DNA of 64,000 nucleotides from Candidatus Acidiferrales bacterium (GTDB lineage Bacteria > Acidobacteriota > Terriglobia > Acidiferrales > UBA7541): NCBI GenBank assembly GCA_050746905.1, contig JBOGNJ010000190.1:8409-72408 (forward strand). The letters run 5' to 3'. Below, in pieces: positions 55,100 through 64,000 of this stretch (positions within the stretch are counted from its first letter, which is position 1; every line of letters starts with the position of its first letter). A model generated the notes under the pieces. The model was not told where the DNA came from and searched no databases. It saw only the letters and a list, made by a program, of their open reading frames with translations. A program made the position numbers and the translations under genes.

Positions 55100-57844
55100 A
55101 TGGCAGAATCCGGACAAATTCGCATCAACGAGCTCGCGCGGGAACTAGAGATCAAGGCGAAAGTCTTGATCGAGTATTTGCCGGAGATCGGCGTCGCCGA
55201 GAAGAAAACGCACTCGAGCTCGCTTGAGCATGAGCAGGCGGACCGGGTACGAAAGCATTTTCATGAGCTGGCCGCAGCGGAGGCAGCGGAGGAATCCGCG
55301 AAGCAGGCCAAAGCAGCGGCCGCCAAGGCTAGGCCGGTGCCACGGCCCGCAGTTAGCGGAGTTCCGGCGAGCCCTCACGCGCCAGCGCCTGCGACGGTTG
55401 CAAGTGGCGCCGCGAAACCAGCGATTGTTCCTCCAGCAGCGGCGGGTGCAAAGGTTCCGATTCGTCCCACGGCGGCTCCGCCTGCCGCGCCGCGCGCCGC
55501 GGGTGCACCTATAGCCGGCGCACCGAGCGACGCGCATCATCCAACGCCTGCTCCGCGGAGCGTACCAGCGTCACCTGGTGCGCCAATGCCGGTTCCTTCC
55601 CAGAGGCCCGGCGCTCCTGCATCGCAGCGTTCTCCTATTGTTACGAGGCCCGCTGCCGCCGGCGGCCCTGCAACAACCGCGCGTCCGGGCTCTGCGCCCG
55701 GACAAGGCCAACGGCCGTCCGGCGGATATTCAAGACCTGGGGCTCCGTCCCGCCCTGGCGGTGCTCCGTCAGGATACCGGCCTGCTGCTGGACAGGGAGC
55801 CCCACGTCCCGGCGGCGCGCCCATGCGGCCTCCGCAGCGTCCCAGTGGCCGTCCCGGTCAGCCAATGGGAAGACCCGGCAGCGGTGCGGGTCAGGCCCCG
55901 AAGGCAGAGCCGGGCAAGCCTCTCTATGTCCGCAAACCGCCCGCTCGCGCCAAACCCACAATTGAGAAGCGTTTCGCCGAAGGCGAACGCAAACTGCATC
56001 CGGTTCGCGCGCGCTCCGGCGCCGCTGCGGGCCGAGGGGTTGGCCACGCCGAACCTGCGCCCCCCATAGTCCGCGAGCCGCGTCCAGTTACGATTACCGA
56101 AGGCATCACTGTCCGCGAGCTCGCCGAAAAGCTGGACATCCGCGCCAAGGAGTTGCTGAAGAACCTGCTCGATCGCGGCGTTTTTGCCAGCATCAATCAA
56201 GCGCTCGACATTCAAACGGCCACAAGCCTCGCCGAAGCCTTCAGTGGGATCGTTGAAGTGGTCTCTTTCGAAGAGCAGATGGCGCACGAGGACGTCAGCA
56301 AAGACGACCAATCCGAAAGGCTCACGCCGCGTGCCCCGATTGTCACTGTCATGGGCCACGTGGACCACGGCAAGACGAGTCTTCTCGACGCGATTCGCTC
56401 GACGGACGTCGCGGGCGGCGAATCCGGCGGCATTACGCAGCATATTGGAGCGAGCGACGTTCACATCGATGGCAAGCGAATCGTTTTCATTGATACGCCG
56501 GGCCACGAAGCCTTCACACGCATGCGCGCCCGCGGTGCAAAAGTCACTGACATTGTTGTTCTTGTCGTCGGCGCTGATGACGGTGTGATGCCACAGACCG
56601 AGGAAGCCATCGATCACGCACGCGCCGCGAAGGTTCCCATCATTGTGGCGTTGAACAAAGTTGATAAGCCGGACGCCCAGCCGGAGCGCGTCAAGCGCCA
56701 ACTGGCCGATCATGGCTTGATGCCAGAGGATTGGGGCGGCGATACGGTGATGGTCGAAGTCTCGGCCAAAACGAAAAAGAATATTGAGCGTCTGCTCGAA
56801 ATGATCCTGCTTGTTGGTGATCTTCGTGAACTCAAATCCAACCCTGCGTCTTCCGCCAGCGGCACAGTTCTCGAATCGCGCGTCGACAAAGGCCGCGGGC
56901 CGGTTGCCACGGTTCTTGTACAGAACGGCACTCTGAGCGTGGGCGATGTTTTTATCTGCGGCGCCGTTTACGGCAAAGTTCGCGCGTTGTATGACGATCG
57001 CGGCCAGCCCGTGAAGAGTGCCGGCCCTTCGACGCCCGTCGAAGTCCTCGGCTTGCAGGGCATCCCGGACGCGGGCGACCAGTTTTACGTTGCGGACGAA
57101 GCCAAAGCGCGGCACATCGTCGAATATCGCCAGTCCAAATTACGCGAAGCGACACTCGCAAAATCGGCAAGCTCGCGCCTTACGCTGGACCAACTGCACG
57201 AGCAGCTCAAGGCCGGAGAGGTTAAAGATCTCCCGATCGTCATCAAAGGCGATGTGCAGGGTTCCGTGGAAGTTCTCAGCGAAATGCTGCCCAAGCTTTC
57301 AAACGATCAGGTAAAGCTCAAGATCATTCATGCCAGCGTCGGCGCTGTTTCTGAAACGGACGTTCTTCTGGCCTCCGCGTCCAGCGCCATCATCATCGCT
57401 TTCAACGTGAGGCCGGAACGCAAAGCCTCCGACCTGGCGCAGCAGGAAGGCGTTGATATTCGTCTGCACACGATCATCTACGAAGTGGTTGATGAAATTA
57501 AGAAGGCCATGGTCGGCTTGCTTGCTCCTGTCATCAAGGAACAGTATCTCGGCCGCGCCGAAGTGCGCGACACGTTCCGCGTTAAGGGCGTGGGCATGAT
57601 CGCCGGGTGCCACATTCAAGATGGAATCGTGAAGCGCGACGCCGAAGTTCGCGTTCTACGGGACAACGTTGTGGTTTACACCGGTCGCATCAGCTCGCTC
57701 CGGCGCTTCAAGGACGATGTCAACGAAGTCCGCGCCGGCTTCGAATGCGGAATCAGCATTTCGAATTTCGCCGATGTGAAAGTCGGTGATATTCTCGAAT
57801 GCTTCGCGATGGAGCGCACGGCTCATCCGGGAGCAAACGCCTGA
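55100..57844 (+). CDS. infB: Translation initiation factor IF-2
   Basis: [14 protein letters not shown]-terminus, long Pro/Ala/Gly-rich linker, G-domain [14 protein letters not shown]...DTPGHEAF...NKVD, C-terminal domains. Confidence 0.95.
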   Translation: MAESGQIRINELARELEIKAKVLIEYLPEIGVAEKKTHSSSLEHEQADRVRKHFHELAAAEAAEESAKQAKAAAAKARPVPRPAVSGVPASPHAPAPATVASGAAKPAIVPPAAAGAKVPIRPTAAPPAAPRAAGAPIAGAPSDAHHPTPAPRSVPASPGAPMPVPSQRPGAPASQRSPIVTRPAAAGGPATTARPGSAPGQGQRPSGGYSRPGAPSRPGGAPSGYRPAAGQGAPRPGGAPMRPPQRPSGRPGQPMGRPGSGAGQAPKAEPGKPLYVRKPPARAKPTIEKRFAEGERKLHPVRARSGAAAGRGVGHAEPAPPIVREPRPVTITEGITVRELAEKLDIRAKELLKNLLDRGVFASINQALDIQTATSLAEAFSGIVEVVSFEEQMAHEDVSKDDQSERLTPRAPIVTVMGHVDHGKTSLLDAIRSTDVAGGESGGITQHIGASDVHIDGKRIVFIDTPGHEAFTRMRARGAKVTDIVVLVVGADDGVMPQTEEAIDHARAAKVPIIVALNKVDKPDAQPERVKRQLADHGLMPEDWGGDTVMVEVSAKTKKNIERLLEMILLVGDLRELKSNPASSASGTVLESRVDKGRGPVATVLVQNGTLSVGDVFICGAVYGKVRALYDDRGQPVKSAGPSTPVEVLGLQGIPDAGDQFYVADEAKARHIVEYRQSKLREATLAKSASSRLTLDQLHEQLKAGEVKDLPIVIKGDVQGSVEVLSEMLPKLSNDQVKLKIIHASVGAVSETDVLLASASSAIIIAFNVRPERKASDLAQQEGVDIRLHTIIYEVVDEIKKAMVGLLAPVIKEQYLGRAEVRDTFRVKGVGMIAGCHIQDGIVKRDAEVRVLRDNVVVYTGRISSLRRFKDDVNEVRAGFECGISISNFADVKVGDILECFAMERTAHPGANA

Positions 57845-57880
57845 GTTAATCTGCCGCAGTTCCTCCGCAGTGGGAGGGCA

Positions 57881-58165
57881 ATGATGCCAATCGGCCTCGT
57901 CACTCTGGAAATTCACATTCCGGACGCGCGATCTCTCAAGGACAAACGGCAGGTGCTGCGCAGTTTGAAAGATCGCCTGCGCGGGCATTTCAATGTGGCT
58001 GTTGCGGAACTCGACCATCAGGATTTGTGGCAGCGCTCCGTCGTCGGCGTAGTGGGAATTTCCGCCGACGATCAGCATCTCTCGCAATCCATGGCCGAGG
58101 TGCTCGAAGCATCAGAGCAGGTACTGGGACGCGATTTGGTCTCGCACGAAATCGATTATTTTTGA
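57881..58165 (+). CDS. DUF503 (YlxP-like) protein
   Basis: LEIHIPDARSLKDKRQVLRSLKDRL..., and the conserved position between infB and rbfA. Confidence 0.75.
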   Translation: MMPIGLVTLEIHIPDARSLKDKRQVLRSLKDRLRGHFNVAVAELDHQDLWQRSVVGVVGISADDQHLSQSMAEVLEASEQVLGRDLVSHEIDYF

Positions 58166-58201
58166 AACCGTTGTTCACGGGAGCGCCAAATTCAAGTAGG
58201 G

Positions 58202-58573
58202 TTGCCGAACATGACAGTCGCCGGCCATCGTTCTGAACGCATCGCCGAGGAAATTCGTCACGAAGTCAGCCTGATGCTTGCGGGCGAGTTGAAGGATCCG
58301 CGCCTCGCGAGTGCGATGAACGTCACGGAAGTGCGCGTCGCGCCGGGCCTGAAGTACGTTCGTGTGTATGTGGAAGTATTGGGCTCAGACTCTGAGCGTG
58401 AAGCCACTCTCAAGGGTCTCGCCGCTGCCTCGGGATTTATCCGCCATGAACTCGTGGAGCGTTTGCAGCTTCGGCGCGCCCCGGATATTGATTTCGTCCC
58501 GGATCGCTCCGAAGAATACGGCCACCGCATCGACGATCTTTTGAAGAAAAGCAAGAGCGAGGGAGAAGCGTAA
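58202..58573 (+). CDS. rbfA: Ribosome-binding factor A
   Basis: RSERIAEEIRHEVSLML...DPRL...VTEVRVAPGLKYVRVYV. Start is TTG 58202 or ATG 58211. Confidence 0.9.
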   Translation: MPNMTVAGHRSERIAEEIRHEVSLMLAGELKDPRLASAMNVTEVRVAPGLKYVRVYVEVLGSDSEREATLKGLAAASGFIRHELVERLQLRRAPDIDFVPDRSEEYGHRIDDLLKKSKSEGEA

Positions 58574-58601
58574 ACTCCTCGCGGCGCGATCCCTCATCCT
58601 G

Positions 58602-59576
58602 ATGCCCCGAAACATTCAACCGCCGCACATTGACGGCGCCGTCGTCATCGACAAGCCGTCCGGCAAGACATCCCACGATGTTGTCGAAGCCATGCGCCGT
58701 CTGGTGGGTTTTCGCCAGGTTGGGCATCTCGGCACGCTCGATCCGCTGGCGACAGGTGTCCTTGTGCTTCTTCTCGGACGCGCCACGCGCCTCGCGCAGT
58801 TTTATACAGGGCGTCGCAAGCGGTACGATTGCACAGTTCGCTTCGGCTATTCGACCGACACGTATGATTCAGAAGGCGAGCCTCAAGGACCCGATGGCGC
58901 GCCAATTCTGGATCGCGAAGCGCTCGCACGCTTCGCCGCTGGATTCCTGGGACGCATCCAGCAAGTACCTCCGGCATTTTCCGCAAAAAAAATTCACGGG
59001 CGTCCCGCGCACGAACTCGCCCGCAAAAAAAAGCCAGTCACGCTGAAGTCCGTCGAGGTAGAAATTTACGAGTTTCGCCTGACTGAAATTGCGGGATCGC
59101 GCGCGAAGTTCACGATCGAATGCGGTGCGGGCACGTATATCCGCGCGCTGGCGCATGAGCTCGGCAAACTGGAAGGCTCGGGCGCGCACCTCTGCGAAAT
59201 CAGCCGCACGGCGGTCGGCGAATTCACGCTCGACCAGGCAACGAAGCTCGAGGAATTGGCCGAGACCGCGCGCGCCGGCCGTTTAGCCGAACGCGTGATT
59301 CGCCTCGAAGCCTTGTTGCCGGAACTGCCGCGCGTCACGATCCTGCCCGTCCTCGAGCGTCGCGTGCGTCACGGCGCAAAATTCAATATTCCCATCGCGC
59401 AAATTCAGCCGGGCCGCAAAACCGTCGCACAGAATGCGCCCGAAGAATTGGATTCCGGCGACTGGAAGCCTGCGCGCCTCCGCGTCTTCAACTCGCAGGA
59501 GCAACTCGTCTGCATCGCCCAGGCCGTTGTTCCGCGCACTTACCAGCCGATTGTGGTGCTGGAAGCCACTCCGTAG
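58602..59576 (+). CDS. truB: tRNA pseudouridine(55) synthase
   Basis: GAVVIDKPSGKTSHDVV...VGHLGTLDPLATGVLVLLLG (catalytic Asp motif), with a PUA-like C-terminus. Confidence 0.9.
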   Translation: MPRNIQPPHIDGAVVIDKPSGKTSHDVVEAMRRLVGFRQVGHLGTLDPLATGVLVLLLGRATRLAQFYTGRRKRYDCTVRFGYSTDTYDSEGEPQGPDGAPILDREALARFAAGFLGRIQQVPPAFSAKKIHGRPAHELARKKKPVTLKSVEVEIYEFRLTEIAGSRAKFTIECGAGTYIRALAHELGKLEGSGAHLCEISRTAVGEFTLDQATKLEELAETARAGRLAERVIRLEALLPELPRVTILPVLERRVRHGAKFNIPIAQIQPGRKTVAQNAPEELDSGDWKPARLRVFNSQEQLVCIAQAVVPRTYQPIVVLEATP

Positions 59577-59620
59577 ATGCGGTTATTCGCGCACGAATTG
59601 ATGGACGGTTCAGAAATTCT

Positions 59621-62557
59621 CTACGGTACGGGCCGGGCGGGTCGGTAAACAGGTCCGCCGCCCTCGACGGGCGCGCGACCTGCGTAGATGGGCTCTCCCG
59701 TTTTGGGGTTCCAAGTGACAATTCTGGGCGTCAGCAATATGAGCAATTCCGTTTTGTTATTTTGCGTGTTCCGGTTGCTCCCCAGCAGACCCAGTGGTCC
59801 CAACTCGGCCACCCCGGGTGTGCCGTTGATCGCGCGCATTTCTTGTGATTCGATGATTCCCGCCAGGGCAGTCGTTTCGCCGTCCTTCACGCGAACAGTC
59901 TGATCGATTGTCTGATTGCTGATCACGGGTATGCTGTTGACCGTCTGCCCCGTCAAGCTGCGCAGTTCGAAGTGCAGTTCGATCGTCACGTCATGATCCG
60001 AGTGCATGTGCGGCGTTGCCTTCATCTTTAGTCCAATGTCCTCGTATTCGGAACTCGGGTAAGGAGTCGTGGCGGGAGCGTTATTTGTCGAATTGAAAGT
60101 GGCGTTGTCCAGAATCACCGACAATGTATTCGCCGTCGAATTCGTCACGGCCAGATCGGGCGGATGCGTTGTGCCCAGGAACTCTCCTGCCACAACTCCG
60201 ATGGGACCGGTGCCAGTGGGCAGGTTCAGCGGTGATGCGAATGTACCATCACCGTTGCCAATCAAAACGTCAATGGTATCGGCTTGCTCATCCGATATCG
60301 CCAGGTCTGTTCGCCCGTCCACGTTGAAATCTCCGGCGGTAATCGCCACGGGTTTATTGCCCGTGGTCGAAGTTCCATTCAATGCCGAAGTGCCGTTGGC
60401 CGTGAATGTCCCGTCGCCATTGCCCAGGAAGTTCGAGATGGTGTTATCCGTCTGATTGACGATCGCCAGCCCGATATTCGTGTTGGTATCCAGGTTGAAC
60501 TGCCCCGCGGCGATGGCCACCGGCAACGCCCCTGTGGGAATCGTTGCTTCGCTGACAAAGGTAGCGTTTCCGTTTCCGAGAAAAATCGAGGTGGTGTTTG
60601 CGGATTGATTCGTAATCGCAAGGTCTGCTTGGCCATCGTTATTGAAATCCGCGGTAACGATTGCCGATGGCCTCAGCCCTGTCGAGAGCACGGTTTGCGG
60701 TTGAAAAGTTCCATCGCCGTTTCCCAGCAGGATCGAGACCGTGTTGTCCGCTTGATTCACAACCGCGAGGTCCGGATGGCCGTCCCCATTGAAATCCGTC
60801 GCCACGGCGGCCACTGGCGTGTTGCCTGTGGGAAAAGTTCCTTTGGGCGTGAATGTTCCGTCGCCATTGCCCAAAAAAATGGAAACTGTACCGTCCGTCT
60901 CGTTGACGACGGCGAGGTCGGGAATGCTGTCGTTATTGAAATCCGCCGTGACCAGAGCAACCGGGCCCTGGCCAGTCGCCAGTGTTCCATCGTCGGCAAA
61001 TGTTCCATCACCGTTTCCCAGAAATATGGAGACAGTGTTGTCATCGTGATTGGCATTGGCGAGGTCGATCTTATTGTCAGCGTTGAAGTCGGACACCACA
61101 ATCGCCACGGGATTCTTGCCCGTTGCGATATCCGTGCGCGGGAATAGATCCGACGACACGCCGGGAATGAAATTCGGCGAAGTGAGACTGGAAGAAAATT
61201 GCGCCAGCGCGATCGGCACGCGATCCCCCACGAAAAACGTCACGGGCTTGGCATCTTCCGCGCGCAGCAAGACTCGCTTGCCGCTTTTTATCACACTTAG
61301 CGTGTTGGAAAAGGCTGCCGCTGCGCCGGGCAGTGTGGCGAGAAATGTTGTCTTTCCGCCGCCAAACGCGATCAGAGGCGGAATCAGCGAACCGATGCCG
61401 GCTTGGCCTGATCCCACGAGCGAGGCAATTTGGTTGGCGCCCAATCCGGAAAGCGCGCTTGTGGACCCGAAAAGCTGTTGAATCACTTCGACAAGCCCTG
61501 CTACGCCCGATTGCGCCGTTTGAATTTGCTGCGGCGTCAGGGAGAAAGTCGACGCCGATGTGGGCGGAGTGAATCCGATTTGGCTCGCGGCGTTGCGGTC
61601 CACTTCGAGAATTTCCACTTCCAACACCATTTCTCCTCGCGGCTGTTGCAGTTGTTCCAGTAATTTCGCCGCCACAGAGACCGCCTGCGGGGACGCCCGC
61701 ATCGTTATGGTTCGCGCGGATTCGTTCAGTTGAGCGCGCGTAATCCCCGCAATATTACGGATGATGCGCAATACTTCCGTCATTTCATTCGGCGTTTCGG
61801 AACCGGGCAGTTCGACGGTGCGCACAACGGAAAGATCGTAGGCGCGGCGTTTTTGTGGTGTGTCAGCGGCGACAAAAAAAAGTCTGCGCGTCAGCGGCCT
61901 CCAGAAAGTTCCCGTCATATCGCCGAGCACGCGCGCCGCGGTGGAGAAATCCAAATTGTCGATTCGCAAATGAACGGGCGTTGGCTGTAAATCCACGTCG
62001 AACGAGGCATCCACTCCGAATGCCTGTGCTACAGCCTGGTACGCACCCATCGTATCGCCGCGATAATTTAAGCTGCGCGTGCCGATGAGCGGCTCGAGGC
62101 GCACCACACCCTCGGGCTCGGCCATGAGTTGCCGCAGAGCCACGGCCGAAGACGGCGCCAGTTGCGTCAGCCTTTCGCGGACCATCTCATCGCCCGGGTC
62201 GAGCACGAGCGCTGCATTCAATTCCTCGCGCGCTTCGGCCAAGCGGCCTGTCAACGCATCACGCTCGGCGCGGTCCACGAAAGCGCTTACCAGTTCGCTC
62301 CGTGCAAGTTCCCGCCGCAATAAATAGTCCCGTTTCGTGGAATCTTGCTGCACCGCTTCCGTGTAAGCCGCGAATGCGATTGGCCAATTTTTCTGCTTTT
62401 CCGCCTTCAGGCCGCGTTCGTACGCTTGCTTCGCACGCTTGGAATCATGCGCTTTCCTTTGCTCTTGTGCCGACGCGGGCTTCGCCGCCGGTTGCGCCTG
62501 CGCCGTGGCGGCCAGCGGAGTGTACAAGCAAAAAACGATCGTTAGAAATATGCGCAA
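59621..62557 (-). CDS. Secretin-family outer membrane channel with TPR-like N-terminus and a seven-repeat FG-GAP propeller inserted in the secretin core
   Basis: Signal peptide. The secretin core starts at MVLEVEILEVDRNAASQIGF and continues to FFVGDRVPIA. Seven ~49-aa repeats follow (DFNxDGxxDLAVxNxxxNTVSIFLGNGDGTF). The core resumes at YEDIGLKMKATPHM...PVISNQ...GTPGVAELGPLG...ELLILLTPRIV. Confidence 0.8.
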   Translation of the reverse strand: MRIFLTIVFCLYTPLAATAQAQPAAKPASAQEQRKAHDSKRAKQAYERGLKAEKQKNWPIAFAAYTEAVQQDSTKRDYLLRRELARSELVSAFVDRAERDALTGRLAEAREELNAALVLDPGDEMVRERLTQLAPSSAVALRQLMAEPEGVVRLEPLIGTRSLNYRGDTMGAYQAVAQAFGVDASFDVDLQPTPVHLRIDNLDFSTAARVLGDMTGTFWRPLTRRLFFVAADTPQKRRAYDLSVVRTVELPGSETPNEMTEVLRIIRNIAGITRAQLNESARTITMRASPQAVSVAAKLLEQLQQPRGEMVLEVEILEVDRNAASQIGFTPPTSASTFSLTPQQIQTAQSGVAGLVEVIQQLFGSTSALSGLGANQIASLVGSGQAGIGSLIPPLIAFGGGKTTFLATLPGAAAAFSNTLSVIKSGKRVLLRAEDAKPVTFFVGDRVPIALAQFSSSLTSPNFIPGVSSDLFPRTDIATGKNPVAIVVSDFNADNKIDLANANHDDNTVSIFLGNGDGTFADDGTLATGQGPVALVTADFNNDSIPDLAVVNETDGTVSIFLGNGDGTFTPKGTFPTGNTPVAAVATDFNGDGHPDLAVVNQADNTVSILLGNGDGTFQPQTVLSTGLRPSAIVTADFNNDGQADLAITNQSANTTSIFLGNGNATFVSEATIPTGALPVAIAAGQFNLDTNTNIGLAIVNQTDNTISNFLGNGDGTFTANGTSALNGTSTTGNKPVAITAGDFNVDGRTDLAISDEQADTIDVLIGNGDGTFASPLNLPTGTGPIGVVAGEFLGTTHPPDLAVTNSTANTLSVILDNATFNSTNNAPATTPYPSSEYEDIGLKMKATPHMHSDHDVTIELHFELRSLTGQTVNSIPVISNQTIDQTVRVKDGETTALAGIIESQEMRAINGTPGVAELGPLGLLGSNRNTQNNKTELLILLTPRIVTWNPKTGEPIYAGRAPVEGGGPVYRPARPVP

Positions 62558-62716
62558 TGACTGTACCTGTTCGCTATTCTTACAGAGATTGACGTGGAAG
62601 CCGTGAAGTTGCCTGTGCCTGTGCCGCGAAAGCCAAGATGCTTCCGGAAAAAACGGGCCAGCGAGTCTGGAATATGGCGCTGACCGGAAAAGCCTATCGA
62701 ACGTAGGGTATTTCTC

Positions 62717-62745
62717 TTGACGATATTTCCGCCGCGCGGTACACT
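62717..62745 (+). promoter_or_regulatory. Sigma-70-type promoter candidate for the FTR1 gene
   Basis: TTGACG (62717-62722), 17-nt spacer, TACACT (62740-62745), about 48 nt upstream of the ATG at 62793. Confidence 0.45.
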
Positions 62746-62792
62746 CAAAATTCCTAGTTGATACTGAGTTACAACTGGGCCCGAACTCCTAA

Positions 62793-64000
62793 ATGCTTTC
62801 TGCGCTCCTACTCGCTCTCCGCGAAGGCGTTGAAGCGGCCCTTGTGGTCGGCATCGTCTTAGTCTATCTCAATCGCACGGGCCGCCGCCAACTGGCGCGT
62901 TACGTGTGGGCTGGAGTGGCGTTTGCCGTCGCGTGCAGCTTCGCGGCTGCGGTTTTTCTGCAGCGCTGGCAGATCAGCGAAGATGGCTTTGAAGGCGTGC
63001 TCATGCTCGCCGCCGCGGCTCTCGTCGTTTCCATGATCGTTTGGATGAACCGCATCGCGCGCCGCCTGCGAAAGGAAATCGAGCAACGCGTCGAGACCTA
63101 TGCACAGAGGGGCGAGCGAGCGGCGGGGTGGGGAATCGGCTTTTTCGTTTTCCTGATGGTTCTTCGCGAGGGCGCCGAACTGATTCTGATTCTTCGCGCA
63201 GTCGAGCTCTCGATCGCGGGTCTGCAAGTCTGGATCGGCACGGGAATCGGGATCGCATTGGCCGTCGCCGTCGGCCTGTTTTTCTTTCAGGGCACGCTTA
63301 AAGTTCCTCTCGGCCGTTTTTTCGCCGCCACCAGCACAATTCTCATGGTCGTCGCGTTTCAGCTCGCGCTCACAGGCCTGCACGAATTGAGCGAGGCCAC
63401 GTGGATCCCCTCCAGCAGGCAGGAAATGGCGACGATCGGCCCCATCGTCCGCAACGAATACTTTTTCTTCGTTGTCATCCTCGGCGTCGCGGCAATTGTG
63501 GTGTTGCGCGAGTGGTTCGCGCTCCACGGGGATAAAGCCGGCGGCGACGGCAGCGGCACGGGTGGTGCGACGGGCGGCCCGGCCGCGAATCCCGCTGAAA
63601 AGCGGCTGAAGGAGCACGAGCATCGCCGCCGCCGGGGATGGAGCTTCGCGGCGGCCTTTCTCTGCCTCGCCGTCATACTTTCGCTGACGGCTGAATTTGT
63701 TTACACGCGCGCGTCCGCCGCCCCTCCGGAAGCGGAGCCTGTGGTCGCCGTTGGAAACATTGTTCGCATCCCGCTGGCGGAAATGAGCGGCGTCTTCGTG
63801 CACTTTTATAGCGTGGATGTGCAGGGAACCGCGTTTCGCTTTTTTGTGATTCGCAAGCCCAATGGCGACTACGTCACCGCATTGGACGCCTGCCAAATCT
63901 GCGGCCGGATCGGCTATCGCCAGGAAGGTTCCATGTTGATTTGCCGCAACTGCGGCGCGCCTGTGAACGCCGCCGAAATTGGCATGCCTGGGGGCTGCAC
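62793..64000 (+). CDS. FTR1-family high-affinity iron permease fused to a DUF2318-like Cys-rich domain (3' end outside the window)
   Basis: My own translation from the ATG at 62793 has no stop to the window end, which is why it is missing from the ORF track. Two REGxE motifs (REGVEAAL, REGAELIL). C-terminal LDACQICGRIGYRQEGSMLICRNCGAPV is a CxxC...CxxC pattern. Confidence 0.8.
   Translation, partial: MLSALLLALREGVEAALVVGIVLVYLNRTGRRQLARYVWAGVAFAVACSFAAAVFLQRWQISEDGFEGVLMLAAAALVVSMIVWMNRIARRLRKEIEQRVETYAQRGERAAGWGIGFFVFLMVLREGAELILILRAVELSIAGLQVWIGTGIGIALAVAVGLFFFQGTLKVPLGRFFAATSTILMVVAFQLALTGLHELSEATWIPSSRQEMATIGPIVRNEYFFFVVILGVAAIVVLREWFALHGDKAGGDGSGTGGATGGPAANPAEKRLKEHEHRRRRGWSFAAAFLCLAVILSLTAEFVYTRASAAPPEAEPVVAVGNIVRIPLAEMSGVFVHFYSVDVQGTAFRFFVIRKPNGDYVTALDACQICGRIGYRQEGSMLICRNCGAPVNAAEIGMPGGC

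Noticed and set aside
55769-57115. 448-aa minus-strand ORF
   Set aside because: It is antisense to the unmistakable infB G-domain region. Its composition is Arg/Ala/Gly-rich and low in information.
60053-61180. Regular ~147-bp DNA periodicity that could be mistaken for a repeat array or CRISPR
   Set aside because: The repeats are in frame within one long ORF and encode FG-GAP blades. The units are diverged, and there are no unique spacers or cas genes.
62859-63896. 345-aa minus-strand ORF, the only ORF the track lists in this region
   Set aside because: It is very Arg/Ala-rich with no motifs. It lies exactly antisense to an open plus-strand frame encoding a clear FTR1 permease (REGxE motifs), so it is a GC-rich shadow ORF.
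1-64000. Scan for tRNA, rRNA, CRISPR, IS/transposase, integrase, phage or defence-system genes
   Set aside because: I recognised no tRNA-like T-arm or acceptor patterns in intergenic regions, no rRNA-like sequence, no repeat-spacer arrays, and no transposase, integrase or known defence-protein motifs among the ORFs. This was a by-eye search only, so tRNAscan-SE, Infernal and DefenseFinder should confirm it.

Overview
GC-rich chromosomal segment. The gene content (several ECF sigma/anti-sigma/DUF4097 modules, giant BNR and YVTN/Ig-domain proteins, Pro/Ala-rich IF-2) suggests an Acidobacteriota-like soil bacterium; that assignment is inference only. I support about 50 protein-coding genes and found no rRNA, tRNA, CRISPR array, IS element or prophage. 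Most of the window is housekeeping: rpsA, IHF-like, recG, rsmD, lysS, lolCE/lolD, clpC, bamA, skp, and the conserved rimP-nusA-infB-DUF503-rbfA-truB operon. Metabolic and transport genes include uricase + guanine deaminase, an EmrAB/TolC-type efflux operon, acyl-CoA dehydrogenase, aldo/keto reductase and two further MFS genes. The FTR1-DUF2318 iron permease at the 3' edge is absent from the ORF track because it has no stop in the window. The parts worth a second look are: (1) an orphan secretin whose conserved core is split by a seven-blade FG-GAP propeller (59.6-62.6 kb); (2) a 1182-aa lipoprotein with two propellers wedged between bamA and skp; (3) two convergent ECF sigma/anti-sigma/DUF4097 modules, one with a protease-less tandem-PDZ protein and one with aroK embedded; (4) a MITE-like palindrome with 9-bp direct repeats; (5) a structured ~300-bp spacer splitting lolE from lolD; (6) a promoter plus canonical terminator in the rimP-nusA leader; (7) an orphan helical protein next to an AT-richer ~600-bp patch. 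I see no recognisable defence or toxin system; the novelty claims are architectural and need database and structure checks.
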